A DNA stretch of 63,908 bases, filler included, from Craspedostauros australis (Eukaryota), in assembly GCA_030167865.1 (NCBI GenBank). It is 12 parts of 12 records of this genome, joined end to end, with 100 filler letters (N's around TTAATTAATTAA, not from the genome) between each part and the next. Parts side by side here need not be neighbours in the genome. Positions count along the whole stretch, not along the records: positions 49,121 to 53,494 come from JALAGF010005549.1; positions 53,595 to 59,301 come from JALAGF010005550.1; positions 59,402 to 62,109 come from JALAGF010005551.1; 9 more parts are not named here. The stretch is one strand, 5' to 3'. A program made the position numbers and the translations under genes. The number at the start of each line of letters is the position of its first letter. The first letter of the stretch is position 1. The notes below the pieces were generated by a model. That model was not told the origin of the DNA. It made no database searches and saw nothing but the letters and a program-made list of their open reading frames with translations. Shown here one piece after another: positions 49,121 to 62,209 of this stretch.

Positions 49121-52100
49121 CGATTGCTGCGGCCAACCTTGTGCTTGGAACGCGAGGATGGTTCCACCTCTTCCTCATCCTGGCTGCTGCGATGCGACGA
49201 ACGAGTCTTGCGACGAGTGGATCGTTCGCCTCGTGCGGATGCCTCACGAGCGTCACTTGGATCCAGCTTCGAGGATGATCCTGTCTTCGTGCGTCTCGAT
49301 CGGCCCTCCTTCTGGTGCGACGATCCCAATTCGTTCTGATCCAGTGTGTGTTGATGACGCGATGACTTGCCACCATCGTCCTTCTTGGATGTCTTGTGTC
49401 TGTTCCGCGTTGATGGCGACTTCAAATCACGATCATGGTTGGACTTCTTTTCCAGGTCGGGAACGAGCAAGTTACCTTGGGCGCGCAGGCGACGCGACGA
49501 TCCGCTCTTCTTGTGGCTTGTGCTACTGGGTGTCTGGCTGCGCGATTGTGGGCTGAAGATGGTATCCGATTCGGACGGCGACATGAGGGTGGAGAAGCTA
49601 TCTGCGTGCTTCCCTCCCCTTGACGATGCGGCCGTGATGGTGCTGTTGTGAAGATCCGATGTCGCTCCAAGATTGCCATTGCCATTGCCATTGCCGCTGC
49701 TGTTGCTGGAGCGTCGTTTCGACGAGCTGGATTTGCCCTTGGACTTGCGCTGCGCTTTGGTTTCCGCCGAAGATTTTCCAACTGCGATGGCTGCCGCTGA
49801 TGCCGACGTGGCGTTGGAACGCCTCGCCTTGCTCTTCTTGGTGGATTTTGTCTTGATTTTCTCCACCTCACCATTGTCGCAAAGGCGACTTGACGACTGC
49901 AACTGCGACGATGAACCAAACATGGACGTTGCCGTGGTGGTCGCCGTGATGATCGAACCATTTCGGACCTTGGACGACGTTGCTTTTTTGTTCTGCGCAG
50001 CGGCCGAATCGCCGTCTCCCGTCATGAGGCTCTTCGTGCTGCGCCTCATATCCTTTTGGGAGGTGATGGTCTCACGGTGATCATCGGCATCCTTCCTCGC
50101 CTTGGATTGCGCATCGTCGTCGTTGTCATTGTGCTGCTGACTGGACTTGGACGGCGCGTCATTCTCATCATGATCGTCGCTCAACTGAAGTGACTGCTGC
50201 GACGGTGGTTTCAGTGGCTGACGCGATTCCGCGTTGCTGCTGTCGCCATCATCCGGAATCGAAGTGAAACCGGAATCTTCCAACGGCGATGACTCGTGGA
50301 TCATCGGGATGAAGAGATTGCGGTGACTTCCGCTGCGTTGACCGGGCGGTGAAAGGAAGGGCAGCTGATCACCGGCCGTCGACGTCGACGTCGCCATCGA
50401 CGTTGCCATCGACGTGGGCGTCTTTGTGTTGGCAGACGTCGTTGACGTCGTGTTGGATCGTTTGCTGCTCTTTCGTTTGGGTGCCTTCCTCGAATGCGTG
50501 GAGGTTTGCGGACGCTGTGCATCGTCATCGGTGCCCGTGGACTCCAACATCGTCGACGATCTCATGATACTGTGCGGGTCAAACTGCGGAATATCCTTGA
50601 GATCCGTCGTCATGTTCATGAGGCTGTCATCCAGCGACTTCGCGTGTGTGATCGACATGGAGCTGCGCGACTGCTGCACCTGCGGTGACTCGCAGTTGAA
50701 TGACACCTCATCCGGATCATCATGATCGTCATCATTGTCATGCTTATCAAAACTGCCCTTGCGATGATGCGAGGAAAAGAACTTGATGGGCAGACCGAAT
50801 CGTTTGCGATTGGGAGACACCGATCGTTGCCTGCGGCGATTCCTTGTGAGCGGAGACATGAGGATCCCGTTGCGTTGCTGCGGCATTGTTGTTGATGATG
50901 TCTCACCGCTCTTCGACGGCGCATCGGTCACCTTGCGTTGGCTCGACGACAGCTTGTCGATCGTATCCTTCTTGTTGATCGCGGACTTGGACTTCTTGGG
51001 CCGCNNNNNNNNNNNNNNNNNNNNNNNNNNNNNNNNNNNNNNNNNNNNNNNNNNTTGCTGCTGTCGCCATCATCCGGAATCGAAGTGAAACCGGAATCTT
51101 CCAACGGCGATGACTCGTGGATCATCGGGATGAAGAGATTGCGGTGACTTCCGCTGCGTTGACCGGGCGGTGAAAGGAAGGGCAGCTGATCACCGGCCGT
51201 CGACGTCGACGTTGCCATCGACGTGGGCGTCTTTGTGTTGGCAGACGTCGTCGACGTCGTGTTGGATCGTTTGCTGCTCTTTCGTTTGGGTGCCTTCCTC
51301 GAATGCGTGGAGGTTTGCGGACGCTGTGCATCGTCATCGGNGCCCGTGGACTCCAACATCGTCGACGATCTCATGATACTGTGCGGGTCAAACTGCGGAA
51401 TATCCTTGAGATCCGTCGTCATGTTCATGAGGCTGTCATCCAGCGACTTCGCGTGCGTGATGGACATGGAGCTGCGCGACTGCTGCACCTGCGGTGACTC
51501 GTAGTTGAATGACACCTCATCCGGATCATCATGATCGTCATCATTGTCATGCTTATCAAAACTGCCTTTGCGATGATGCGACGAAAAGAACTTGATGGGC
51601 AGACCGAATCGTTTGCGATTGGGAGACACCGATCGTTGTCTGCGGCGATTCCTTGTGAGCGGAGACATGAGGATCCCGTTGCGTTGCTGCGGCATTGTTG
51701 TTGATGATGTTTCGCCGCTCTTCGACGGTGCATCGGTCACCTTGCGTTGGCTCGACGACAGCTTGTCGATCGTATCCTTCTTGTTGATCGCGGACTTGGA
51801 CTTCTTGGGCCGCTTGCGTTCTCCAACACCATCGACACTCCTGCGACTATGCTGCGACGCTCGGCGATCCTTCTTTTTCTTCTTCTTCGTCTTCTCGTTC
51901 GGCGCCGCCGCGGCATCGGATTCCGTGACGCCATCATCATCATCATCATCATCTTCGTCGTCGTCCTTGAGATAGTGTCCGCGCAACGCCAACGGCACGC
52001 GCTTATTGTCGGGCCGCAACCCTCCGAAGAACTTGGTGATGGAGAGTCGCTGTTTGTGCGTGCCCGTCGTATGCGGTGCATGGCGCGCGGCCGGCGTGAG

Positions 52101-53494
52101 CTTGGGCACGGGCGAGGCCGGAATGAACTTTTTCGCGAATGAGGCCGATCGCTTGACAGCGTCGAGGGGTTTGGTGACGCGGACGTGCTCCGATCGCGAT
52201 GGATGCTGCTGTTTCTTTTTGGAAGCGTAGCTGCTGTCCCCGCTGGACGTTTTGCGTGGCGCGTCGATCGTGCGCGGGTGCTCCGATTGCGATTTTGGTT
52301 TGGAGCGATTGCGTCGCGGCATGGGTGGTTCGAAGGGTGGTGGCGATGGCATCGGTTTGATGCCGTTATCGGACGATGCATGCTGCGCCATGAAGTTGTC
52401 ATAATCCGTCCACACGCTGATGTCTTCATCCGACGGAACGACGGGCCGTTCTTGCGGATCGATGACGATGAGCACGGGAACGAAATGGGTCGATGCCGAC
52501 GGTGCCGGCGCTTCTCTCGTGATCATGCGGTCGATGGAGTTCGTGCGGCCGTGTCGGAAGGATCGATTGATCGAACGCAAGGCCGGACGGTCTTTCTCGT
52601 CTCGCAGTTCGTCGCGGAAGTCTTCATCGCCATCGTCTTCATCCGATTCCTCACTGCTACTACTACTGCTGCTGCTGCTCGAACTGGATTCCTCGCTGCC
52701 GCTGCTGTCCGTTTCGGAGTCATCGAGCGATTCCTGATCCCAGCTGGCATTCTCATGCAAGACGCAATGGATCGTCATGGGCACCGAGGCTGCGCTGCTG
52801 CTGTCCGAAGAAGAAGAAGACGATGATGATGACGACGACGACGACGAAGAGGAGGACGATGACGAGCTCTGTTGATCGGCGCGCTGAAGACTCTGCTGGC
52901 GCAGCTTTGAGAACTTGCCGGGCGGGTCGTTGGCATTGTCATGCGTATGCTGTTGCTGTTGCTGCTGCTTATTGGAATGCTGTTGCGCATACAGATGATG
53001 CACGTCGACTGGCTGATTGATGTGCAGTTGTTGCTGATGTTGCAGTTGCTGATGTTGCTGATGCGGAAGCTGATGATGGGGATGCTGCTGAAACTGATGC
53101 TGTTGCTGCTGCAATTGTGCATGCTGCAGCTGTGGCTGCGATTGCAGCAATATGGATGAGGAAGACGAATGCGAGGGCTGCAGTATGAGATGGGAGGACA
53201 CGAGCGACCTGGAAGAATGCTCGCGATGCGGCAACGCCGACGGTGGCAGCGGCGCTTGGGGAAGCAGATGCGCATGCGAGATGGTTGGATCCGGAAGGGG
53301 TGGCTGCACCAGAGCCGTGGCGCTCGTGTTGGAACTCTTCATCATCTGCAAGACGTGCAACTGCTCCATGAGGGCCTGGTTCTGCTGCGACAGCAACAGC
53401 AACGTATCATGATTGGATGCGCTGTTGTTGTTGAGATGGAGGGTGCTGCTGTTGTTGAGGGTGCTGCTGCTGCTGCTGTTGAGATTGCTGTCTG
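49121..53494 (-). CDS. Large low-complexity, intrinsically disordered protein (poly-Q/H, poly-S, acidic and K/R tracts); both ends off-scaffold, middle duplicated by contig overlap
   Basis: Long open frames 50928-53402 and 49069-50931 share the overlapping segment 50236-51004 / 51055-51810. No recognisable domain. Confidence 0.65.
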
Positions 53495-54136
53495 NNNNNN
53501 NNNNNNNNNNNNNNNNNNNNNNNNNNNNNNNNNNNNNNTTAATTAATTAANNNNNNNNNNNNNNNNNNNNNNNNNNNNNNNNNNNNNNNNNNNNAAAACA
53601 CAACGATGTCTGCAGGAAATCTCCTGCAAACAACACTGCCAAGAAACATGTCCTGCATGATTGTTGCCTCTTCATTGTTTTCATCATCATCTTCATTGTC
53701 TTCATCAACTTAATCATAAATTGCAAAAGTTCACAACTCAAAACACTCTTCAAACACAGTACAAATCAATTGCATTCACTCTCGTCTTCCCATCGTAAAC
53801 TCTGACACCAAACGACTTCATCAGTCGGTCCGAGTTGCGACATTGAACGCTTGCTCAAGGCAACGCAACAAACAATTTTCTCACAGCAACAAAANNNNNN
53901 NNNNNNNNNNNNNNNNNNNNNNNNNNNNNCAACAACAACAACAACAAACGATCCAATCCGGATTTGTTCCATCTACGGGGACATCTCGGACACGCGAAAA
54001 ACGACGCGAACTAACGCAATTTAACTATCCGCAAAGGCGCCATCATCATCGCCATCATCATCGCCGTCGCCACCGTCATCATCATCACAGTCCAAATCCA
54101 AACTCAATCTTCAATAGTTCGAACGCAACCACGAAC

Positions 54137-55938
54137 ATGGAGGTGTCTCGGCCACAACCTCAAGCCCCATCCAGTCCTGGAGCCTTGAGTTTGGGAATCG
54201 AATTGCAATCGAGCAAGAAGGACCAGGTGGCTCCTTCTCACAACAGATCTGCATGCAGTTCGTTGCGCCCAAGTGAAGACTCAAAGCAACGACGTTCACA
54301 CGAATGAAGCACGGATGCTCTGCGCGATGGGATGAAGGAAAGGATCTCCAAGGTGCTTGGCAATGGGCCCCGACGTCACCACTCCAGCAAAACAAGAGAC
54401 ATGTCATCACCATCACCATTGATATTACCATCGAGATCACCATCGCCACGGCATTGGCGGAGAAGCACACAGCACACCAGTGGCAAGCCGCGCTCGACAT
54501 CGTCAAGATCAAGCAGTGTGGAGCATTCGACATCATTGCGCCATCGTCGTGACGGAGCAATTCACACTTGCTCCTCTGGAAGAAGCCGCTGCTCACCATC
54601 GGCGCGGAGTCGTCGAAGTCTGTCCGATCGCGATCACACAAGACTGCGCAAGTATCGATGGACTCATCGCCATCATCACGGCGACAACGAGCATCTGGCA
54701 GTTCGGATGATATGAACGCAGCCTCGAGTTCACGCCAATCCAACTCAAATGCGCACTCCACCGGTACTGGTTTGCACCAACGCAAGGGCTCACCTTCCCG
54801 AACGCATGCCCGGGGAAGTTCGCAAAGGCCAAATCAACGTGGCCATAGCCAATCGACACCATGTGGCGAAGATCAGCGAAGGAAGTCCTCCGATGAACGA
54901 TCACCATCGGCGCGACAACGAAACAGATCAAGAAGATATCGAAATTGTAGTGTCGAACAGCATAGCAATGAGAGAGATGAGAATGGACGGCATTGCAAAC
55001 AACAACATGGCAACAAACGTTCGTCATCACACAAGGCCCTTCAATCAAATCGTTGTGGACGAAGCAGATCGTCAACTCGCGATGCTGTCTACCATGAGAA
55101 GTGTTAGGAATTGAGGGTACGACTTTTTCGGAATACCCGTAATTGCCGCACCTCCCAACATTGTTCGTCACAACTTTGAATATTATTCGTCACATGTTCT
55201 GAGACTATTTGTCACACCTTTGTATACCATGTCATTATGACTATGACTAAGCATACGGACGCGATTGATACCTGTATAACCGCGAAGAGGGTAGCCTGTC
55301 CTCTGGTGACGTAAGGAAGACACCCACGGCGGATCAGGAGGTCCCGATACCACGCCAACCATGGCAACCATCCAGACGACGACGTCGACCAGAACAGCAT
55401 GTCCATGGGCAAGTGACGCACCTTCTTCAGAGGACAGCACGCGCCCCTCCTGCGGACAAGAACATCCGCAGGTTTGGAACATCAGAAAGGATCAGAACAA
55501 CCGCAGGTTTGGAACATCACCAAAGATGGCATCGACCATGAGGAGATGGTGTCATGAGACCAACAACGGAAACATGAGATAGGCAGGAGCTCAAGACTGC
55601 AGATCCCTACCATGCAAGCGTAGACAGCTACGACGAAGCAGAGACAAGGAAGCAAGAACAGAGCATGATGAATGAAGAGGAAAGCACCTAAGAGACAACA
55701 GGACGCCCCGTGTCGCCACCACGACAGATGCCTGCCATGAAGACGAAATCGGAAGAGAAAGTGAGATTGTGCTCACAGTTCTAAAACGGTACAGTTTCTA
55801 ACAGCAGATTAGAATTTAGTACTAACTATAACCCCGGATTTCCAACAGAGAAGCTGTCCGGCACAAAACCACTGCAACTCACACCAAAGAAAGTGGTCAG
55901 GAGCAAGTGCGCGTCTCAGTACCGTGATCGCTCGATGA
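54137..55938 (+). pseudogene. Ser/Arg-rich low-complexity pseudogene interrupted by a solo LTR
   Basis: ORFs 53843-54307, 54332-54715 and 54749-55114 are in one frame, separated by single TGA codons. Removing the LTR and one TSD lets the frame continue STMR-SCPAQNHC...IAR*. Confidence 0.55.
55102..55847. mobile_element. Solo LTR (746 bp) with 6-bp target-site duplication GAGAAG
   Basis: Begins TGTTAGGAA and ends TTCCAACA (TG...CA, imperfect terminal inverted repeat). Flanked by GAGAAG at 55096-55101 and 55848-55853. Confidence 0.85.
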
Positions 55939-58092
55939 ATGGCACCCAACTAACACCAGTGATGCATCACGACACGATGGGATGGAATGAGATGTGCGGG
56001 CCGCTCCGTATTTGTATCATACTCATAGAGGTATGGTAGATCCACATCCCTGTATGTAATACACCTACGAATAGACTGTACTTCTCTACGTATGTTTNNN
56101 NNNNNNNNNNNNNNNNNNNNNNNNNNNNNNNNNNNNNNNNNNNNNNNCGAATAGACTGTACTTCTCTACGTATGTTTGGAACAGTACCGCATGCACTATA
56201 TCTGCTCGTGCAATAGAACACTGTGATGAAGGCACCGGAGGTTTCAAGACATTGAAGGGCTGGATACTGCTCCCATGCTGTCTCCGCCCTGTCTACGACT
56301 GGTCTGGTGCGCTCTCTACGGTACATACGCACACAGGGATGTTGCCAATGTCATTCATGAGCAGATTGGACATCTGTGGTTCCATCCACACTCCGCCATC
56401 AGCATCGTTGTTGGTTCGTTGCTCAGACAAAGGACGCATGGCAGCAGCATTATCACAAGCTGTGCGGTCGTCACCATGCCACCGGATTCGCACACAGAGC
56501 AATCTACTCCAAGTTACACTACCAAGCAGATGCAAAGCAACAGTGCCGATGCCAGTCGATCCAAGTTGCTGGCAGAGACGATCTACGAAGAACACATGGC
56601 GAACATGGCAGAGGGAAATGATGGGAAGCCGCGAGGAGCATGGTTGCTGCACGGTTCTATCGACCGTCCCCTATTACGCTATTGTCCTCATCTCTCCATG
56701 AGTTGCACTCCTGCCATTGCGCCAACACTGCAGTCGAGGCCCTTATCAAGTCTCAGGAGGAGCGATCACTCACCATTGGAGTAACAATTGCCAGGGTCAC
56801 CACCCATTCCAATCTTCGAAGCGACCAGTGCCAGCGTGGCGGAAATACAAGAACCGACGAGCTAGCGCAGTCCAAACATCCAGAGAGCTTGACGAGCAAA
56901 AGAAGAAACCAACGAACCAACCAACCAACGAGCAACCCCATGCAGAGTGCGAGTGCTGTATTGCGGATCATGGTTGACACAGAGTTTTCGTATGGTAACA
57001 GAAGCACGCGGTCAGCGATCCATGGCCCATGAGCACCGTACACCCACATGTCCTCCTTTGTGGTGATCCCAACTTCGTTGATGAGGTGGATGTTCCTGTC
57101 GATCGCCTCGGTTGAGCATCGATGCTCTGGAAGTCACGAGCCAAGACGGCGGCACTCATGCCTATTGATAGAATGCGCATGGTGTTGTGTGTTGGTGGTC
57201 CGTGTGGCAGGAACAGTGGAGGCAGCACAGTATCACTCCGCCTGATGCTTGCTGAACATGCCAACTCATCCCCAATACGCAATGTGGTGTTGATTTGGTG
57301 TGGAGGACTCTTGTTGCCCGCGCGGATGGTGATGGTTGCAATGCGGTGGGATGGTAACCAGTCAAATCCAAATGAGATGGGTGGCAACCAACACAGGCAA
57401 TCAACAAAGGCAGTCACATCGGTGGCTTTATTGGTGGCTTCGTTGTTGTTCGAGGCATTGGCTCACACCTCAAGTTGGTGCTTGCGATGGCAGGCGGACG
57501 AGGGTCAGCGGTCTTGCAGATGCCACGATGACGCAAGCAAGNNNNNNNNNNNNNNNNNNNNNNNNNNNNNNNNNNNNNNNNNNNNNNNNNNNNNNNNNNN
57601 NNNNNNNNNNNNNNNNNNNNNNNNNNNNNNNNNNNNNNNNNNNNNNNNNNNNNNNNNNNNNNNNNNNNNNNNGAGAACTCTGTTGTGGTGCTTCTTTCTT
57701 GTTGTTGGTCGCACGCATTTTCGTGATGGATGGGAACAGAAAGATCCAATCCGCGCGAACCAGACGGGTGCGATCAAGAGAAGGAGACAAACACAGGCAA
57801 ACAGAAGGAGGAGACCATGCGAACAAGACAACAGCACACACACCACCCAACCCCATACTCAACCGCGTGAACAACAGACATCGAATTGCCACCCATATTC
57901 ATCACACAGCGTATGGTACTCATACTCATACTCATACTAATACAAGCTGTTGCATACACAAACATCGATATCTCTTCCATAGGCAGCTCCGACCACAGAC
58001 ATCCTCGACAGCCAATCCAACGTATATCGTCCAACTTCCAACGTCCAACGTCTATCGTCCAGCAACCATCGACCATCCACCACACTCTCAAA

Positions 58093-59301
58093 ATGCCGAG
58101 TGTTACNAACNAACAACTCATTGATGCTGCCAAGGCAGGTGACTTGTCAGTGTTGAAGGAGTGGAAGAAGCAGAACAAGACGCAGAATGAAGGAGTTGAT
58201 GTCAACTGCGAAGACAGTAATGGTTGGACTCCCCTTCATTGGGCATGCTCCAACGGCCACCTGGAGTGTGTCAAGTACCTCATCGAATCATGTGAGGTGG
58301 ACATCAACTGCAAAACCGACCAAGGTTCCACTCTCCTTCATCTGGCATGCTCCAACGGCCAGCTGGAGTGTGTCAAGTACCTCATCGAATCATGTGAGGC
58401 AGACATCAACTGCAAAAACAACCATGGTTCCACTCCCCTTCATCGGGCATGCCTGTGTGGCCACCTGGAGTGTGTCAAGTACCTCATCGAATCATGTGAG
58501 GCGGACATCAGCTGCAAAGACAACCATGGTTCCACTCCCCTTCATCTGGCATGCTGCTGGGGCCAGCTGGAGTGTGTCAAGTACCTCATCGAATCATGTG
58601 AGGCGGACATCAACTGCAAAAACAACAAAGGCAGCACTCCCCTTCATCTGGCATGCCGCAACCACCGCCCGGAGTGTATCGAGTACCTGGTTACATCAGC
58701 CAATGCCGATACCGACATTCAAAACAACGACAACAAAACCCCCCTCAATTTGATGGGTGCGAAACTTCCAATCAAGATGATACAACGTCTCGATGGTCTG
58801 AGTCACCGCAGCTCACAACTGCAGGAGCAGTTGGAGGAGAACGAGCAAGAGAATGAACAACTGAAACGGCAGTTGGAACAGAAGGAGGAAGAGAAGACGC
58901 AGAAGGAGCAGGAGAACAAACAATTGAAACAGCAATTGGAACGGGAGGAGGAATCAACGCAGCGCTTGCTCTCGAAAAGTCAACAGGAGAACGAACAACT
59001 GAAACGGAAGTTGAAACAACATCTCAAGATCAGCATCGACCAAGATCGTTGCGCCGCTGTTCATGCTGAGGCCATCGCAGACGTTACCTTCCTGTGCAGA
59101 CAAGGGGACGAACAACAACCAATCAAGGCAAACTCCGCAGTCCTCATGATCACTGTCCCATCCATTCAGACACTGATCAACTCTGGAATCCAACATCAAT
59201 GCGCTCACGATGGTGCCCACGATGGCGCTCAAGATACAACTGAACCCATCCAAACAACCATCCCTCTTCCCAACTTTCAACCAAAACACGTCCGATACGT
59301 C
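58093..59301 (+). CDS. Ankyrin repeat (N-cap + 5) - coiled coil - BTB/POZ protein, 3' end off-scaffold
   Basis: Five 34-aa ANK repeats (G.TPLH.AC..GHLECVKYLIESCE), a Q/E/K heptad region, then ADVTFLC...IKANSAVL (BTB strand motif 'DV.F......AH..VL'). Confidence 0.88.
58200..58700 (+). repeat. 102-bp coding tandem repeat (ankyrin units)
   Basis: Identical 37-nt block ctggagtgtgtcaagtacctcatcgaatcatgtgagg at 58261, 58363, 58465 and 58567. Confidence 0.95.
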
Positions 59302-59401
59302 NNNNNNNNNNNNNNNNNNNNNNNNNNNNNNNNNNNNNNNNNNNNTTAATTAATTAANNNNNNNNNNNNNNNNNNNNNNNNNNNNNNNNNNNNNNNNNNN
59401 N

Positions 59402-62109
59402 TTGCCATCCTCATAGATCTCTCCGTTCCCGACCGTTATTGGGACATGGCCGAGTAGGCCACTGGATGAGGGTGCTTGGATGTCGTATAAGACAGGTAAG
59501 GCCATTGGGCTGTCCGAGTGCAACTGGTCGATTGCTAGATTGCGGTTTGTCTGGTAGATGCTATTGGGGGTTGCGGCAATCATGGGTATCTTTGCACTTA
59601 ATACCATTTCGGTTCCAGTCAGTCCTCATGGGATCTGCGGTAGAATAAGGTATCTTTGCAAAGTCATACCCCCGATTCCTGACATATGTACAGACCATCG
59701 ACCAAATCACTGGTCTGCTCTCGCGACATCAAGTGGCTCAACCAATCATACGGACAGTTCCGTGGCTGGGCACCAGCACCGAACCTATCCAGCGAAGCAG
59801 GAACAACAGATGCAGAAGGCTTCACAACCATCGGACGGAAGGGAGCGACACCAAAGACAGCAGTGCATCGAACATCAGAAGTAAAGAGAGCATCTTTCGC
59901 TGACAGCAACAGCTACTACATCCTATCGGATAGCGACGATGAGGATGATGGGAACGATGGAGCAGTAACCCAACTAATCCATAACGACAAGGAAGATCGG
60001 AGCGAATCCAATCATGAGGATGACGAGATCATACCATCCGGCGACGAAGCCGACGATGACACAGGCGTCACTCCTCCAAACACACCAGCGAGGTCTACAC
60101 ATGACACACCATCCAGACCTCCACCAAGCAAACCAAGCAAGCATGACATAGCTAGAAAGGAGAGAATCCGACATCACAAAGCACGAGGCAGGAAGGGAGA
60201 CACCAATCCCAAGTCAACTACAGGGAAGAGCATTCCCAGAGCTCTGCGTGAGCTCGCAGACTTCAACGAACGAGGTCGAAAGGAAGAAGGCTACGAGAGT
60301 AAGTCATCATCGAACGAAGACAGTGATGAACTGAGCGATGATATAACTGACGAATCCAACAACGAAACTACAGATGACGAAGAAATCATGGATGAAGAAG
60401 AGATCGAGATCACTCACCATAGTACAACAGGACTGTACGAGATGAATGCAATCATCACCGAGAGACCAGCGATCGACATCGGATTGTCGATGCAGGACGA
60501 GAACAAGGAACCAGAGAAGCACATCGAACCTACAACATTCGATGGAGCCTTCAATCACCCAGATCCCATCCCTCGAAAGGGATATCGAGCAGCCATCAAG
60601 AAGGAGTTCGACTCCATGGATACACGCAAGGTGTACAGTAAGATCAAACGAGACGCCATCCCACGCCGCCGCAGATGCTGCAAGTGCAAATGGGTCTTCA
60701 AGCTGAAGCGTGACGGCACACATCGAGCGCGGCTCGTTGCATGTGGCTATTCACAAGTCGCAGGAGTAGACTTCCAAGAGCATTATTCACCCGTCATCCA
60801 TGACGTGACCTATCAGGTCATGATGGTGATCATGCTGATCAAGAAGATGGACTGCGCACTCGTCGATGTCGTAACGGCATTCCTACATGGAGACCTCGAC
60901 NNNNNNNNNNNNNNNNNNNNNNNNNNNNNNNNNNNNNNNNNNNNNNNNGAAGCCCTGACCCTACACAAGCCAATCTACGGACTTGTGCAGAGCGCCAGGC
61001 AATGGTTCAAGATGTTGGTGTCGACCCTCAAGAACATCAACTTCGAACAGAGTGCAGCAGACCCGTGCCTGTTCTACAGGAAGACGAACGAAGGAAGCAT
61101 GATCGTGGCCATCTATGTGGGCGATTGCTTCTGCTGCAGAGACTCCAAGGCACTGGAGACCTTCCTGAAGGACATCCAAGGCAGCAAGTTCAAGGTAACA
61201 ATCGAGCGCGGACTTGGAGACTACCTCAGCTGCAACATCGAACTGAACCATGACAAGACTAGAGCGACATTGCGTCAACCACATCTCATCCNNNNNNNNN
61301 NNNNNNNNNNNNNNNNNNNNNNNNNNNNNNNNNNNNNNNNNNNNNNNNNNNNNNNNNNNNNNNNNNNNNNNNNNNNNNNNNNNNNNNNNNNNNNNNTGCA
61401 GAAGGTCGGACCGGAAGAACATGCCGAATACCGCCAAGGCGTCGGTATGCTACTCTTCCTCATCAAGCACTCGCGACCAGATATCGCAAACCCTGTGCGG
61501 GAACTCTCCAAGGTATTGATCGGGCCCACCAAGGCCGCAATGAAGGAGATGTATTGGATCATCAAGTATGTGATCGATACAANNNNNNNNNNNNNNNNNN
61601 NNNNNNNNNNNNNNNNNNNNNNNNNNNNNNNNATGTATTGGATCATCAAGTATGTGATCGATACAAAGGACTATGGATTGAAGATCCATCCAGCGCGTCC
61701 AGATGACGACGGCTGGAACATGGAACTCTTCTGCGATAGCGAATATGCAGGAGACAAGAACACAAGAATCAGCGTAGAGGGATTCATCCTATACCTATGC
61801 AAGGTACCAATCCTTTGGCGATCCAAGGCACAGAAGGCCGTCACACTCAGCTCATCCGAAGCAGAATACGTTGCCCTTTCCNAAGCGGCAAAGGANATCT
61901 TCTTCGTTGTGCAGCTACTCGAAAGTGTGGGCATCCCAGTGAAGACACCGATCAAGGTCCGCGTGGACAACATCGGAGCGATCTTCATTGCCAAGAACCC
62001 ATCAACATCCCAATGATTGCGGCATATCGACGTGCGCCATCACTACGTGAGGAACATGGTAATCAACAAGACCATCGAAATCATTTTCGTCAAATCCGAG
62101 CAGAACACA
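59402..62109 (+). mobile_element. Decayed Ty1/copia pol (integrase C-terminus, RT, RNase H)
   Basis: MYRPSTKSLVCSRDIKWL; EPTTFDGAFNHPD; KWVFKLKRDGTHRARLVACGYSQVAGVDF; DVVTAFLHG; YGLVQSARQWF; IYVGD (YVDD mutated); FCDSEYAGD, LSSSEAEYVA, VDNIGA, TSQ*LRHIDVRHHYVR. Confidence 0.93.
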
Positions 62110-62209
62110 NNNNNNNNNNNNNNNNNNNNNNNNNNNNNNNNNNNNNNNNNNNNTTAATTAATTAANNNNNNNNNNNNNNNNNNNNNNNNNNNNNNNNNNN
62201 NNNNNNNNN

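Noticed and set aside
58200..58700. 102-bp repeat with constant and variable blocks as a CRISPR array or DGR template
   Set aside because: It is in-frame ankyrin coding sequence, and the 'spacers' are homologous to one another. There are no cas genes, the variation is not adenine-specific, and the nearby RT is copia-type on a different scaffold.
33344..62016. TGA reassigned to an amino acid (alternative genetic code)
   Set aside because: Intact genes (AMT, NFU, the copia RNase H end) terminate at TGA. In-frame TGAs occur only in TEs and pseudogenes.
7392..62165. Recurrent TTAATTAATTAA as a biological repeat, piggyBac TTAA target or CRISPR-like repeat
   Set aside because: Always embedded in N-runs with all-frame stops: an assembly concatenation linker. 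Gene neighbourhoods across it are not real.
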